From: Moheibacter sp.
Lineage (GTDB): Bacteria; Bacteroidota; Bacteroidia; Flavobacteriales; Weeksellaceae
DNA: 64,000 bases
Assembly (NCBI GenBank): GCA_035515075.1
Contig: DATJBZ010000012.1
Span: 2,360-66,359, forward strand
Reading direction: 5' to 3'
Every line of letters begins with the position of its first letter. Positions within the stretch are counted from its first letter, which is position 1. Positions 39,572-49,728 of this stretch are shown here, one piece after another. The notes below the pieces were generated by a model. That model worked only from the letters and a program-made list of their open reading frames with translations, had not been told where the DNA came from and made no database searches. A program made the position numbers and the translations under genes.

Positions 39572-40819
39572 TTACTTTCCTATTTTGATAAATTTTCTAT
39601 AAAAATAGATTAAAGTTAAGTTTGAGCTCAAGAATGCAATAAAAAAAGCTAATGCAAGTCCCATATTTCCAAAAAGTACAATCATTACTGAACCTATTGT
39701 AATTAAACAAATAGCCGCCATTAGATGAGTGTGAAAAAGTGGAAAGGTGATTTCTTTAGCCTTTAATGCCATTGCTAAAGGTCTTAAATATACAGTTACA
39801 ATCTGTGACAGCCATATAATTAGAATGACCCAAAAACCGCTTCCGAATTTATTTTCATACACTAAAGAATATACCCCATAAACTAAAGGAAGAGCTAAAA
39901 GAAATACAGCAATTAGCGGTAATTTGAGCTTCGAATAAAAATCATTGACTTCATTTTGTAAATTATCGGATTTATCCGCAAATTTTGGAATATAATAACT
40001 CTCCATAGAAGCAATTAGGATAGTGAATAACCCCAATAGATTATGAATACTTCTAACTTTACCCAACCCTAATTTGTCTATTCCCAGAATTTCACCCAGA
40101 ATGTAAATCCCTTGACTGTATGCCCAAAACAATACACCACCTCCAATAATCCATTTAGAATAAGTATAATGCTCTTTTAAGATAAGAGTTAAATTCTGAG
40201 AAATTTCATTTTTCATTTTTTTTGATTGCTTTAATATCTCTCCCCATTTGGCTATGCTCAAAATAAGAATAACAATTGAGGCCAAGTAACTAATAGAGTA
40301 AATAGTCAGAATGAAATTCAGCGTTAATTGATTTGAAAAGTAAAAGGTTAATCCAAAAAATAACAACACCAAAAAAAGCGAAGAAACAACAGTTGACACA
40401 AAGCTGACCATTCGACTTGCAAAGATTGTTTTTTTCAAAAGATCATTCATCACCATTCCTAAGTTTAATCCCAAAAATGCCCAAACGCTTACTTGACTAA
40501 TTTGGAGATTTAATATAAGATTGCAGATTAAGCTAATGATGATTGTTCCAGAAAAAGACAGAATGAGTAGTGAACAAAGATAGGTTAAAGGGTTTGATTT
40601 CCACTTTTTAGAGAAAAACACCAAAACAGGTGATGAAATGAAGTAAGAAATAAATATAAAAACAAAACTTGCATAACTGTAAGTGATAACAAAGTCGCCA
40701 AATACTGAAATTGAAGTTAATTTAGATAAAATAAAAATAGCACCAAAGCTCAAAAGTGAGGTCAATGCTTGTTCAAAAAATATCAAGTATTTGTCTTTTA
40801 AAAAGTATTTGGGGTTCAC
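39572..40819 (-). CDS. Wzx-like oligosaccharide flippase (MOP superfamily)
   Basis: About 12 TM helices across 415 aa, in a polysaccharide locus. Confidence 0.6.
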   Translation of the reverse strand: MNPKYFLKDKYLIFFEQALTSLLSFGAIFILSKLTSISVFGDFVITYSYASFVFIFISYFISSPVLVFFSKKWKSNPLTYLCSLLILSFSGTIIISLICNLILNLQISQVSVWAFLGLNLGMVMNDLLKKTIFASRMVSFVSTVVSSLFLVLLFFGLTFYFSNQLTLNFILTIYSISYLASIVILILSIAKWGEILKQSKKMKNEISQNLTLILKEHYTYSKWIIGGGVLFWAYSQGIYILGEILGIDKLGLGKVRSIHNLLGLFTILIASMESYYIPKFADKSDNLQNEVNDFYSKLKLPLIAVFLLALPLVYGVYSLVYENKFGSGFWVILIIWLSQIVTVYLRPLAMALKAKEITFPLFHTHLMAAICLITIGSVMIVLFGNMGLALAFFIAFLSSNLTLIYFYRKFIKIGK

Positions 40820-40916
40820 TGAAAATGGTTTAAATTACCGTTTTGTTTTATATTGGCGAAGTTAAAGTAATTTTGACTACTTTCTAAATTACATGTTTTA
40901 AACTATATATTTTAAT

Positions 40917-42401
40917 ATGAAAATAAAGGTGTTGAGGTTAATAATGATGTTTTTCGTGCCAATTTTGTTGACTAACTGTGTGGGCTTTCAGATGGGTTCA
41001 CAAAAATCAATCAATAAGAAAACAAATGATGTTTTGGATACAGCTGAAGAATTTATTTGGGGCATAAATGGGCATCCGGTGACATCAAAAGATTACATGA
41101 GTGTAAGTATAGATGATCAATTATTACTTCTTCAACAATATCAGATGAGTGATTATCGGTTTGATGTTCGACTTGATCCAGAAGGAAATGTAACTTGGTA
41201 TAAAAGCGAGTTCAATGAACTATTGCGTAAGTCAGAAGAATATCAAATTGAATTGTTGCCGGTCATACTTTTCAATTTGTTTTTGGATGATTATCAAATT
41301 TCAGAAGCCGAAGCTTACAGAAGAGGAGAAATTCAGATGAAGGGATTTGTCAGTAAATATGGCAAGAATTTCAAAGTGTATAATTTAGGAAACGAACAAG
41401 ATTTACGCATTCTGAAGGAAGGTCGCACTGGTGAAAGTCCTTCGGATTATGATTTAGAAAAGTTCAAGATTGTTGCCGCATATTTTAAAGGAATGATAAG
41501 TGGTATTAAACAAGTTGATCCAAAGGCAAAAACACTTATCAATAGTTCCAATAGCTTGTATTTTGGGTACTTTCAATTATTGGAAGACTATCAGGTGGAC
41601 TATGATATTTTGGGCTATCATTGGTATTCTCTTACTGATGGTTCTGATAAAATTATGAAAGAAGCTTTGGTTTCTCTGACAAGACAATTCATAAAACCGA
41701 TTTGGATAACCGAAATTAATCGTAGACACGGTAGTTTTAAGGATTATAACAACAGTCAATCCCATCTGATTGGTTCTTATTTACATTCTATCCGTTTGAT
41801 CCCAGAGATTCAAGCGCTATTCATATATGAATTATTGGATCAACCTTCTCTTGCTGGAGAGAATTTGGATTTTGAACAATCACAATATGGTCTATACCAA
41901 CTAGAGGGTGGTGGTATTCTAAGCAAAAAAAAAATAAGATCGAAACAATTTGCTGAGTTGCTAAAAATTGATATTGAGGAGGCGAAGAATAGTTCTCAGA
42001 ATTATGTATATTCAATTTCACAAAAATTATTAGAGAAAACTCCCTCTGGAAATGAATTGTTATATTGGACAAGTAAAATTAAAAATACTAGATCCATTGA
42101 ATACTTTTTAGATGTATTTTTAAAGGAGCATGGATTATCTTTAACGAATAAAAATTTACAAAATTTGTCTAGAGATGAGAGGAAATTGGCTGTGAATGAA
42201 AAAACAAATTTAGTTTATCAGAAATATTTAAGCCGATTACCGACAGTGAATGAAATAAAATTTTGGGAAAGAAAGTTGTCAAAAAAAAGCATCAGGATGA
42301 ATATAATTAAAACCTTGCTTTTGTCTGAAGAGTTTTGGGAAAACGCCATGCGCTCAGGCTATGAGAGAAATGCTGGATTTAAATTAAATTCAGTTCATTA
42401 A
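40917..42401 (+). CDS. lipoprotein with a clan GH-A-like (beta/alpha)8 glycosidase domain and C-terminal DUF4214-like repeats
   Basis: Lipobox LLTNC. Candidate acid/base in YNLGNEQD and nucleophile in PIWITEINR. Two repeats carry the G/T.NE...W pattern (PSGNELLYWTSKI, PTVNEIKFWERKL). Confidence 0.5.
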   Translation: MKIKVLRLIMMFFVPILLTNCVGFQMGSQKSINKKTNDVLDTAEEFIWGINGHPVTSKDYMSVSIDDQLLLLQQYQMSDYRFDVRLDPEGNVTWYKSEFNELLRKSEEYQIELLPVILFNLFLDDYQISEAEAYRRGEIQMKGFVSKYGKNFKVYNLGNEQDLRILKEGRTGESPSDYDLEKFKIVAAYFKGMISGIKQVDPKAKTLINSSNSLYFGYFQLLEDYQVDYDILGYHWYSLTDGSDKIMKEALVSLTRQFIKPIWITEINRRHGSFKDYNNSQSHLIGSYLHSIRLIPEIQALFIYELLDQPSLAGENLDFEQSQYGLYQLEGGGILSKKKIRSKQFAELLKIDIEEAKNSSQNYVYSISQKLLEKTPSGNELLYWTSKIKNTRSIEYFLDVFLKEHGLSLTNKNLQNLSRDERKLAVNEKTNLVYQKYLSRLPTVNEIKFWERKLSKKSIRMNIIKTLLLSEEFWENAMRSGYERNAGFKLNSVH

Positions 42402-43604
42402 GTCGGATTTGCTTGTGTTTTTCAATATTGAATGAGCAAGATAAAGAACAATTGCAAAAAGCATTGCACCAATTTGGCGACTTATTACATTTTCGAAGAT
42501 ACAGAATAAAAATAAAGCTAAAATCAAAGCAAAACTGTAATAATTTCCTCGATAAATTTTAAAAAGAACGAAGAATAAAATCAAAAATAAGAGCAAAGAT
42601 AGAAAACCACTACTCAAGTAAAAGTTTAGAAACTGGTTATGGGTATTGAAGTTGCTATCAATAAAGAATTTTTGCTGTCCTTTATTCAGAAATTTATCGT
42701 GTGTTGAAAAGCAATCCTTCAAGTTTTTTATGGTGTTTCTAAAACCCAACCCCCAAAAAGTCATTGAATCTGATTGGCTAATATTATATGAACATTCCCA
42801 AATATGAGTACGAGGTTCGAGTTGAATTACTTTTTGCATTTCGATTTTATCCTGACTAAACCCAGCAGTTAAACGGCTAATGAAATTTGGGTTTAAAAAG
42901 CCAAAAGCAGCTAAAGTTAACATACTTCCAAATGAAAGAAGAAAAGTTCGCTTCTTGTTTTTAGCGTAAAAGACAGAACTTCCAATTATGATTAACAATG
43001 ATAAGATTGAAAGTCTTGCAGAAATATATAATATAAAAGCACTGAAAATTACAGCCATGATATTTAATAAAATCTTTGACCATTTTGATTTCTGAAATCT
43101 TTTCAAATAAAGACTCAAACAAAAGCTGATCAAATAAATAAATCCTAAATATGGCCTTTCGCTCATCAGTAATTTATTTACATCAGCGCCAACATCAAGA
43201 TTTAGGCTGTGGTAGGTGAAATAATGAAAAGTTAAGTTGATAATCGATATTAGTAATAAAGTGAAAGAGCTTATTAGAAAAGAATAGAGTGGTATTCTGT
43301 GATCTTTGATTGGGAGTGAGAGAATTAAAATGATTGGAATTGTGATGATTTTTATTAAAAAAGAAATATCCTCCCATCTTTCATGCGCGATTATTCCTAA
43401 TCCTATGGTTAATATTAAAGAGATTAAAAGATAGATAATTGTGGAATTAGGTTTTATCCATTTTCTCTTTTTTATAACAAAAGGAAAGAGCAATAGAAGT
43501 ATTCCAATTAAAATGTTTGGAACGATCTGAATGTGTTCAGTGAAGGGGATTATTGCAAGTAATGACGAGAAAGCTATAGTGTATTTGTTGCCGATTGACT
43601 TCAA
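42390..43604 (-). CDS. O-antigen ligase/polymerase (Wzy-like) family membrane protein
   Basis: About 10-11 TM helices with one larger loop (…HIWECSYNISQSD…NTHNQFLNF). Confidence 0.5.
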   Translation of the reverse strand: MKSIGNKYTIAFSSLLAIIPFTEHIQIVPNILIGILLLLFPFVIKKRKWIKPNSTIIYLLISLILTIGLGIIAHERWEDISFLIKIITIPIILILSLPIKDHRIPLYSFLISSFTLLLISIINLTFHYFTYHSLNLDVGADVNKLLMSERPYLGFIYLISFCLSLYLKRFQKSKWSKILLNIMAVIFSAFILYISARLSILSLLIIIGSSVFYAKNKKRTFLLSFGSMLTLAAFGFLNPNFISRLTAGFSQDKIEMQKVIQLEPRTHIWECSYNISQSDSMTFWGLGFRNTIKNLKDCFSTHDKFLNKGQQKFFIDSNFNTHNQFLNFYLSSGFLSLLLFLILFFVLFKIYRGNYYSFALILALFLFCIFENVISRQIGAMLFAIVLYLAHSILKNTSKSDLMN

Positions 43605-43758
43605 AAGATATTATTTATTTCAAACAAAAGTATATTATTATTATTATAATGTACTAAAATACATAGAGAAAAAAAATATAAAGAAAATTGTTTATACTCA
43701 TATTTAATTTTGGAGATATTATACTTTAAGTATATTTTTAAGATTTTAAATTCAATTA

Positions 43759-44841
43759 ATGAAAAAAGCTCTTGTAGTTGACTGGTTAGACAAGTATGGC
43801 GGTGCTGAAAAAGTGATTCAAGCATTGGAGTATTCTATATGTTTTGATGAAGTTTATACTTTAGTAAACATAATGAGTCAATCAGAATTAGAAAAAATAT
43901 TTCCTGGTAAGCAACAGATAAATACTACATTCCTTCAAAAGTCCGGTAAATTTTTTAGAATTCTTTACCCGTTATTTTTTAAAACTATCAAATGCGTTAG
44001 GGTGTCGAATGATGTAAATTTAATAATTTCGAGTTCTCACTCAATTGCAAAGGGTGTTAGAAAATCAAATCCCAATCAGATACACATAAGTTATTTTCAA
44101 GCGCCAAATTCAAACTATATCTGGCAGGATGCGCCAATGTATTTCAAAGGGTTGTATCCGTTTGTGAAATGGCTCATAAAAATCTTGAAAAAATGGGATT
44201 ATAACGATGGCCAAAACCCAGATTATATAATTTCTAATTCTGAATATGTGCGAGACTGGGTTAAGAGAAATTATAACCGGAACTCTCATGTAATTTACCC
44301 ACCAGTGGATTTAGATTCTTTTCCATTAAGAAATGAAAAAGAAGATTTTTATGTTATAGCTGGACGAATAGCTACTATTAAACGATTTGACCTTGTTATC
44401 AAAGCGTTTAACAAAAATAAGAAGAAATTAATAGTAATTGGTGATGGTGAGGAGTTAGCGAAGTTAAAAAAAGAGGCTAATTCACCTAATATAAAATTTT
44501 TAGGTTTTCAAAAAGTAATGGTTTTATCAGATTATCTTCAAAGAGCCAAAGCTCTTATTCAAATGGGAGTTGAAGGTTTTGGAATTGCAGCCATTGAAGC
44601 ACAGTCTTGTGGGACACCTATTATATGTTATAGGAAAGGAGGCGTAATTGAAACAGTTATTGATACCCAGACAGGATTGTTCTTTGATATTCAAAGCTCA
44701 GAAGCATTAAACAATAGTATTGAACAATTTGAGAAAATGAGTTGGAATTCAAGAACGATTCACAACCATGCTCAAAAATTTTCAGTAGCAAAATTTGAGA
44801 GTGAAATAAAGAAATTTATTGAGGACAAGTCAAATTACTGA
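43759..44841 (+). CDS. family 4 (GT-B) glycosyltransferase
   Basis: EGFGIAAIEAQSCGTPIICYRKGGVIETV (E-x7-E region). Confidence 0.8.
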   Translation: MKKALVVDWLDKYGGAEKVIQALEYSICFDEVYTLVNIMSQSELEKIFPGKQQINTTFLQKSGKFFRILYPLFFKTIKCVRVSNDVNLIISSSHSIAKGVRKSNPNQIHISYFQAPNSNYIWQDAPMYFKGLYPFVKWLIKILKKWDYNDGQNPDYIISNSEYVRDWVKRNYNRNSHVIYPPVDLDSFPLRNEKEDFYVIAGRIATIKRFDLVIKAFNKNKKKLIVIGDGEELAKLKKEANSPNIKFLGFQKVMVLSDYLQRAKALIQMGVEGFGIAAIEAQSCGTPIICYRKGGVIETVIDTQTGLFFDIQSSEALNNSIEQFEKMSWNSRTIHNHAQKFSVAKFESEIKKFIEDKSNY

Positions 44842-45060
44842 GATTAATTAGCTTGCTTAATTTATAAGATGATCTTATGATGGATTCAAGGGCAAGTTGC
44901 TAAGGGTATTTCCATGTTTTAAGGGGGTTGCAATCTAGAAGACGCGTAAAATAAACTAATCGAAAGAAAAGTATTCCACTTTAAAACCTGAAATTAAACG
45001 TTTTTTTAATAATTGAATGAATGGCTGCTTTATGACGTTTTTTAATTAACTTTCGGTAAG

Positions 45061-46485
45061 TTATGCAGGTTTAGGTAAGCTTCGGGCAAAATTTTTACTA
45101 TCATTTTTTACTTTTATCAGTAATACTAAACATAGCCAAACCCCATATTGCCTAAAGAAATCAGTTTGCATCCAATTAAAAAACAAACCTGCAAATGAAG
45201 TTATAAGAATCATTCCTGCATACTTATATTTATTAGGGGCGATTTTCCAAAAAATAACTGAGTAATAAAGACATAGAAATATAAACGTTCCAAAAAGTAT
45301 AAAACCAATAATTCCCAATTCAGATAATATTCGCGTGTATATATTGTATGCTGAAGGGAATGAAGGGTCTTGTTGATCAAAGTATTTTAATTCAAATTCA
45401 TAATTATCAACAGTTGACCAGTAAGGAATATGTTTTAATTTATGATAGGTGTCTTGTCCCAAACCTACTCCAACTACTGGATTTTCTTTAAAAACTTGAA
45501 GAGACGCGTATTGAAGTCCAAATCTTGATTTATTTGAAACATCTGCATTAAAATTTTTAGAAAAGCTAACCCTATCTAACCTTTTACTTGCCAATTTTAA
45601 AACACTATCGCTACTAAATAGGAGAACTAGAAATAATCCCAAAGATGAAACTTTTAAAAAAGTAAAAGTGGTTTTTCTAAACCTCATATCATGTATTAGA
45701 ATTAAAAGAAATATAATAAATTGTAGTGAAACGCAAATTAACGCAGTCCTTGAATCTGAATAAAAGACCAATATAAGTATTAAGATAGTTGGGATGAACT
45801 TATATAGCTTTTTTTCTGTAATGATATAGCTTAATACCCATGGTGCCGTAATAATTAAATAGTTTCCAAGCGCAGGGACTTCATAAGAGACTGAAGAAAT
45901 AGAAACCCTTTTGTTGCCCATGAAAGTAGTGTTTACAAATGGGAAAAGCTCAAAAGATTCAAATAACGGCATTAAAAAAGTCATTCTATAATAAACAATT
46001 GCAATCTCGATAAACCCATAAACAGAAACAAAAATTAAACTAAATAAAATGGTTTTTCTAATTAGTTTGAATACTTCGTTAATAGTATAATTTCTAATAA
46101 TATTCCAAAAAAGGGTTGTGAATAAAATGGATGAAATCAATAACGATAAAGTTTGCCTGAAATACCGATTGAAACCTGTAATTTGTTTGAAAACATTTGT
46201 TCGAACTGATTCTATGTTAAGAAAAGTAGATATAGATGTCCATAAAATGAATAGAATTAAAACTACAGCTAAAGAGTCAGTATATGGTAAGCTTATTTTT
46301 CCGCTTAATAAACTTTCAATTATAAGGATGACAAATCCGATTAGGAAAAAATAAGTAGCAGCTTCATTTTTATATTCACCTAAAAAAGAAAGACCTTCAA
46401 AATTATTAAAAGGAATAAAGAATATCCCTAAAAAGAAAAACATCGTGTAGATCTTTCTTAATGTGATGTGAGGCTGTGCTTTCAA
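45061..46485 (-). CDS. second Wzy/O-antigen-ligase-like polytopic membrane protein
   Basis: About 11-12 TM helices with a large loop (…DTYHKLKHIPYWSTVDNYEFELKYFDQQDPSFPSAYNIY…). Confidence 0.5.
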   Translation of the reverse strand: MKAQPHITLRKIYTMFFFLGIFFIPFNNFEGLSFLGEYKNEAATYFFLIGFVILIIESLLSGKISLPYTDSLAVVLILFILWTSISTFLNIESVRTNVFKQITGFNRYFRQTLSLLISSILFTTLFWNIIRNYTINEVFKLIRKTILFSLIFVSVYGFIEIAIVYYRMTFLMPLFESFELFPFVNTTFMGNKRVSISSVSYEVPALGNYLIITAPWVLSYIITEKKLYKFIPTILILILVFYSDSRTALICVSLQFIIFLLILIHDMRFRKTTFTFLKVSSLGLFLVLLFSSDSVLKLASKRLDRVSFSKNFNADVSNKSRFGLQYASLQVFKENPVVGVGLGQDTYHKLKHIPYWSTVDNYEFELKYFDQQDPSFPSAYNIYTRILSELGIIGFILFGTFIFLCLYYSVIFWKIAPNKYKYAGMILITSFAGLFFNWMQTDFFRQYGVWLCLVLLIKVKNDSKNFARSLPKPA

Positions 46486-46498
46486 CTTGTATTAGGGT

Positions 46499-47413
46499 TT
46501 ATTTATCCATTAGTTCTGCTCTATTATACTTTTTAAAAAGCAATCTAATCACACTGAAAAATAAAAATAGACCGAAAAGTAAAGCAGGAACTAAAAAAGT
46601 ATTAGACATTTTATTTACTTTGATATTGGTAATTTTTGAAGTAGGATATATCGTTTTTATTTCTTCTAATTGATGGATTTCATGTTTGTTGATGTCTAAT
46701 AATGTAGAGCGTTTGCTGGAAATTAAGTTGTTCAATTCAGAATACATTTCTATATTTAAATCTCCACTACCTACATCGGACTTTCCGATTTTATCCAGAA
46801 TCTGGTCAATACTTTCCACACTTTTCTTTAAATTATTGACAAAAGATTTTGTGTTTTCAACCTCAATTTTTTGTCTTTCGGAAAAGTATGGTTCCTTGTT
46901 AAAGACTGTCAAAAGGCTGTCAATTATCTCCCCTTTATCATCTCTTTTAGAGGTCGTAATGGTCATTAAATGATATCGATAAAAATCTTTAATTTCTGAG
47001 TCAGGGGAGTATTTGTTAATTTGAATGTTATTTTGGCTTAAATATTTAGCGATTTCCAGATTATTCCAACCATCATTGATAAATTCATACATGTTTAAAA
47101 TTGGTTCTATTTTAACAGATGTTATTGGAGAATTCCCTAATTCAATATTTTCGATTGTATTATACAAATAACTTGTACTATTGAAATTAGGAACGACAAT
47201 TACTTCATGTTTGTATGTGTTTTCTGATTTTAAGTCTAAAAAATAACCAATTGCAATTCCTGCTAAGACAATTATAGCAATAACGATAATGTTTTTTGCT
47301 AAAAAACGGGAAAACCTAAAAATAGAGAAACCAATATTGTTCAATAAAAGTGATGTCTTTTTGGTTAAATAGGATAAATCGATTTCTTGAGAATCATGAT
47401 TGTTTTCCATCAA
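46499..47413 (-). CDS. Wzz-like chain-length determinant (PCP topology)
   Basis: One N-terminal and one C-terminal TM helix flank a ~220 aa helical/coiled region. No kinase domain. Confidence 0.45.
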   Translation of the reverse strand: MMENNHDSQEIDLSYLTKKTSLLLNNIGFSIFRFSRFLAKNIIVIAIIVLAGIAIGYFLDLKSENTYKHEVIVVPNFNSTSYLYNTIENIELGNSPITSVKIEPILNMYEFINDGWNNLEIAKYLSQNNIQINKYSPDSEIKDFYRYHLMTITTSKRDDKGEIIDSLLTVFNKEPYFSERQKIEVENTKSFVNNLKKSVESIDQILDKIGKSDVGSGDLNIEMYSELNNLISSKRSTLLDINKHEIHQLEEIKTIYPTSKITNIKVNKMSNTFLVPALLFGLFLFFSVIRLLFKKYNRAELMDK

Positions 47414-47497
47414 GCTAAATTTAAGAATTACATTGGCAAATATACTAGATTTTTTGAATCCATTACTTGGATGAAAAATAAGTCTTAATTATATCAC

Positions 47498-47533
47498 AAA
47501 AAAATCCCGAAAGTTTACTCTCGGGATTTTTTT
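47498..47533. terminator. bidirectional rho-independent terminator
   Basis: AATCCCGA...TCGGGATT flanked by A7 and T7 runs. Confidence 0.6.
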
Positions 47534-47554
47534 ATGGATTTTCTTTTATATTAA

Positions 47555-48508
47555 TTAATTCATTGCATTCAACAAAATGATCAATTCGTCCAAGGTGCCT
47601 GGGTTGACTGCAACAGAGAATTCATCATCCCCATTGACAGTGACTTCTTGGGTGCCGAAATGCAATTTTCCTTCGATCAATGCGATTGCTACGATTTTCC
47701 CTTGGGTGCCCATCGGAATGCTTTTCGTTGGCGTGGCCAAAGCATCTTGTTCCACTGAAGTCAAGGCAGCGACGGTTGTCAAATCATTTGACGCAAAAAA
47801 CGCCTGTGCCATGGCAAAGTCAGTTGTACTGCCGATGCGAACTTTGAATTGGGTTGCATCTTCTCCCAATTCGTAAGGAGCAGCGCTTTGGTTCCATTCA
47901 GGTTTTGTGTTGGAAAGGGTAAAAGTATCTGATTCGGAAGTATAAACTACCTCAGTTTGCCCACCAGTCCAAGAATGAATCGCGCCAGAAGGCGCCATTT
48001 GAATTTCACCCGTATAGTGCTTCATTTTTTCTTGGTAAGCATTCGCATCGGTTTTGTATGGAAAAATGGTTTGCACTTCATTGAAAGCCAGGGCGTCACC
48101 ATTGGCATCTGTTCCTACCAGCCAAATTGCACCCGTAGAAACCAAAGGATTGGCGCCTTGAAAAGTTTGTACATTGTGGCGAATCATGTCGCCTCGTTTG
48201 TAAATTTCAAGCAATTGAAAAGTAAAAGGAGGCAAAGCCTCACCGCCATTGTTTAGTTTGATGCTGTTTTCTGGAAAAACAAATTGGGTCCCTTTTGGGC
48301 CGTTTAGCGTATTGGAAATGGTCGGATCTACAATGGTCAGCACGACAGTATCGGTCAGATTCATCGCATCATGCACCGCTTGGAGGCTTTCGTATTCCCA
48401 AACAATGGGAAAACCAGAAAAAATTTCCTCATCATTGGTGCATTGGTGAAAGCCAAATGAAATGATGCCCGCGATGGCCAAGAGCCTTAAAGATTTTATT
48501 TTTCTCAT
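47555..48508 (-). CDS. lipoprotein of unknown function
   Basis: Signal peptide with Cys (GFHQC). No recognisable motif. Confidence 0.45.
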   Translation of the reverse strand: MRKIKSLRLLAIAGIISFGFHQCTNDEEIFSGFPIVWEYESLQAVHDAMNLTDTVVLTIVDPTISNTLNGPKGTQFVFPENSIKLNNGGEALPPFTFQLLEIYKRGDMIRHNVQTFQGANPLVSTGAIWLVGTDANGDALAFNEVQTIFPYKTDANAYQEKMKHYTGEIQMAPSGAIHSWTGGQTEVVYTSESDTFTLSNTKPEWNQSAAPYELGEDATQFKVRIGSTTDFAMAQAFFASNDLTTVAALTSVEQDALATPTKSIPMGTQGKIVAIALIEGKLHFGTQEVTVNGDDEFSVAVNPGTLDELIILLNAMN

Positions 48509-48558
48509 TTTGATATGTATTCAAATTTGGGGTTAAAAATATGCATTTTACTTTGTTT

Positions 48559-49125
48559 TTAAACAGAAGGCGCGCAAAAACAACTTTGGACATGGTCATT
48601 CACGATGCCAGTTGCTTGCAAATGCGCATAAACGATGGTGCTTCCGACGAATTTGAACCCTCTTTTTTTCAGGTCATTACTGATTCGATCCGACAATTCG
48701 GTGGTCGCTGGAATTTCCTCATGGTTTTTCCAATGCCCGACTATGGGTTTCCCATCCACAAATCCCCAAATGTAATTGGTAAATGAACCAAATTCTTGTT
48801 GGACTTGTTGAAAGGCCACCGCATTGCTGACCGTAGCTCGGATTTTTAATTGATTGCGCACAATGCCTTCGTCTTTTAGTAACGACTGAATCTTGTCTTC
48901 ATTGTACAAAGCGATTTTTTTATAATCAAATTGATCCAATGCTTTCCGGAAATTCTCTCGTTTTCTCAGAATGGTCAACCAACTCAATCCCGCTTGAAAG
49001 GTTTCCAAAATCAAAAATTCAAATTGTTTTTGGTCTTCGCGAACAGGCACGCCCCATTCTTTGTCGTGGTACTCGATATACAGCGGGTCATTTCCTGGCC
49101 AAATGCAGCGGGTTTTGTCTTTCAT
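48559..49125 (-). CDS. tag: DNA-3-methyladenine glycosylase I
   Basis: YHDKEWGVP...LILETFQAGLSWLTILRKRENFR, C-terminal zinc-site His/Cys. Confidence 0.9.
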   Translation of the reverse strand: MKDKTRCIWPGNDPLYIEYHDKEWGVPVREDQKQFEFLILETFQAGLSWLTILRKRENFRKALDQFDYKKIALYNEDKIQSLLKDEGIVRNQLKIRATVSNAVAFQQVQQEFGSFTNYIWGFVDGKPIVGHWKNHEEIPATTELSDRISNDLKKRGFKFVGSTIVYAHLQATGIVNDHVQSCFCAPSV

Positions 49126-49179
49126 TTGAAGTTTAAAAATGGAAAGTTATAAAAAAATGAGCTGCAATTTCAAACAAAC

Positions 49180-49209
49180 AAAAAAAACCGTCATTTTTCA
49201 ACGACGGTT
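49180..49209 (-). terminator. rho-independent terminator after ndk
   Basis: AACCGTC...GACGGTT stem with a T8 run on the minus strand. Confidence 0.55.
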
Positions 49210-49232
49210 TTCAAGTATCAATGGATCATTGT

Positions 49233-49658
49233 TTAATAATCGTAGTTGTCTCTTGTTGCGAAATGAAAAGCACTTTCGATCAAAGCATTTTCATCGCTGT
49301 CTGAACCATGGATGGCGTTGGCATCGATGGATTCAGCGTATTTGTTGCGGATGGTTCCTGCTGCTGCTTCTTGAGGATTGGTCGCGCCAATCAAATTTCT
49401 GAAATCTTCAATGGCGTTTTCTTTTTCCAAAACGGCTGCAACGATAGGACCAGAAGTCATGAATTCAACCAAGTCGTTGAAAAAAGGACGCTCTTTGTGG
49501 ACCGCATAAAAACTCTCAGCATCTTGTTTTGACAATTGGGTCAATTTCATGGCTTTGATTGTAAAACCAGCTTGGTTGATGTCCGCCAAAATATTTCCGA
49601 TGTGTCCTTTTTTAACAGCATCGGGCTTGATCATTGTGAAGGTAATTTTTCCTGACAT
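49233..49658 (-). CDS. ndk: nucleoside-diphosphate kinase
   Basis: TFTMIKPDA...NAIHGSDS (active-site His). The start was set at MSGKITF. Confidence 0.95.
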   Translation of the reverse strand: MSGKITFTMIKPDAVKKGHIGNILADINQAGFTIKAMKLTQLSKQDAESFYAVHKERPFFNDLVEFMTSGPIVAAVLEKENAIEDFRNLIGATNPQEAAAGTIRNKYAESIDANAIHGSDSDENALIESAFHFATRDNYDY

Positions 49659-49728
49659 ATTCGATTTGTTTTTGAACGGCAAAAATACTGAGAATTTACC
49701 AAATGCAACGACAACTGAAGCAAATATC

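Noticed and set aside
43601-43825. 74-aa minus-strand ORF between the Wzy-like gene and GT4
   Set aside because: It lies in the divergent promoter region, is extremely AT-rich (Asn/Ile/Lys/Tyr), and overlaps the GT4 start.
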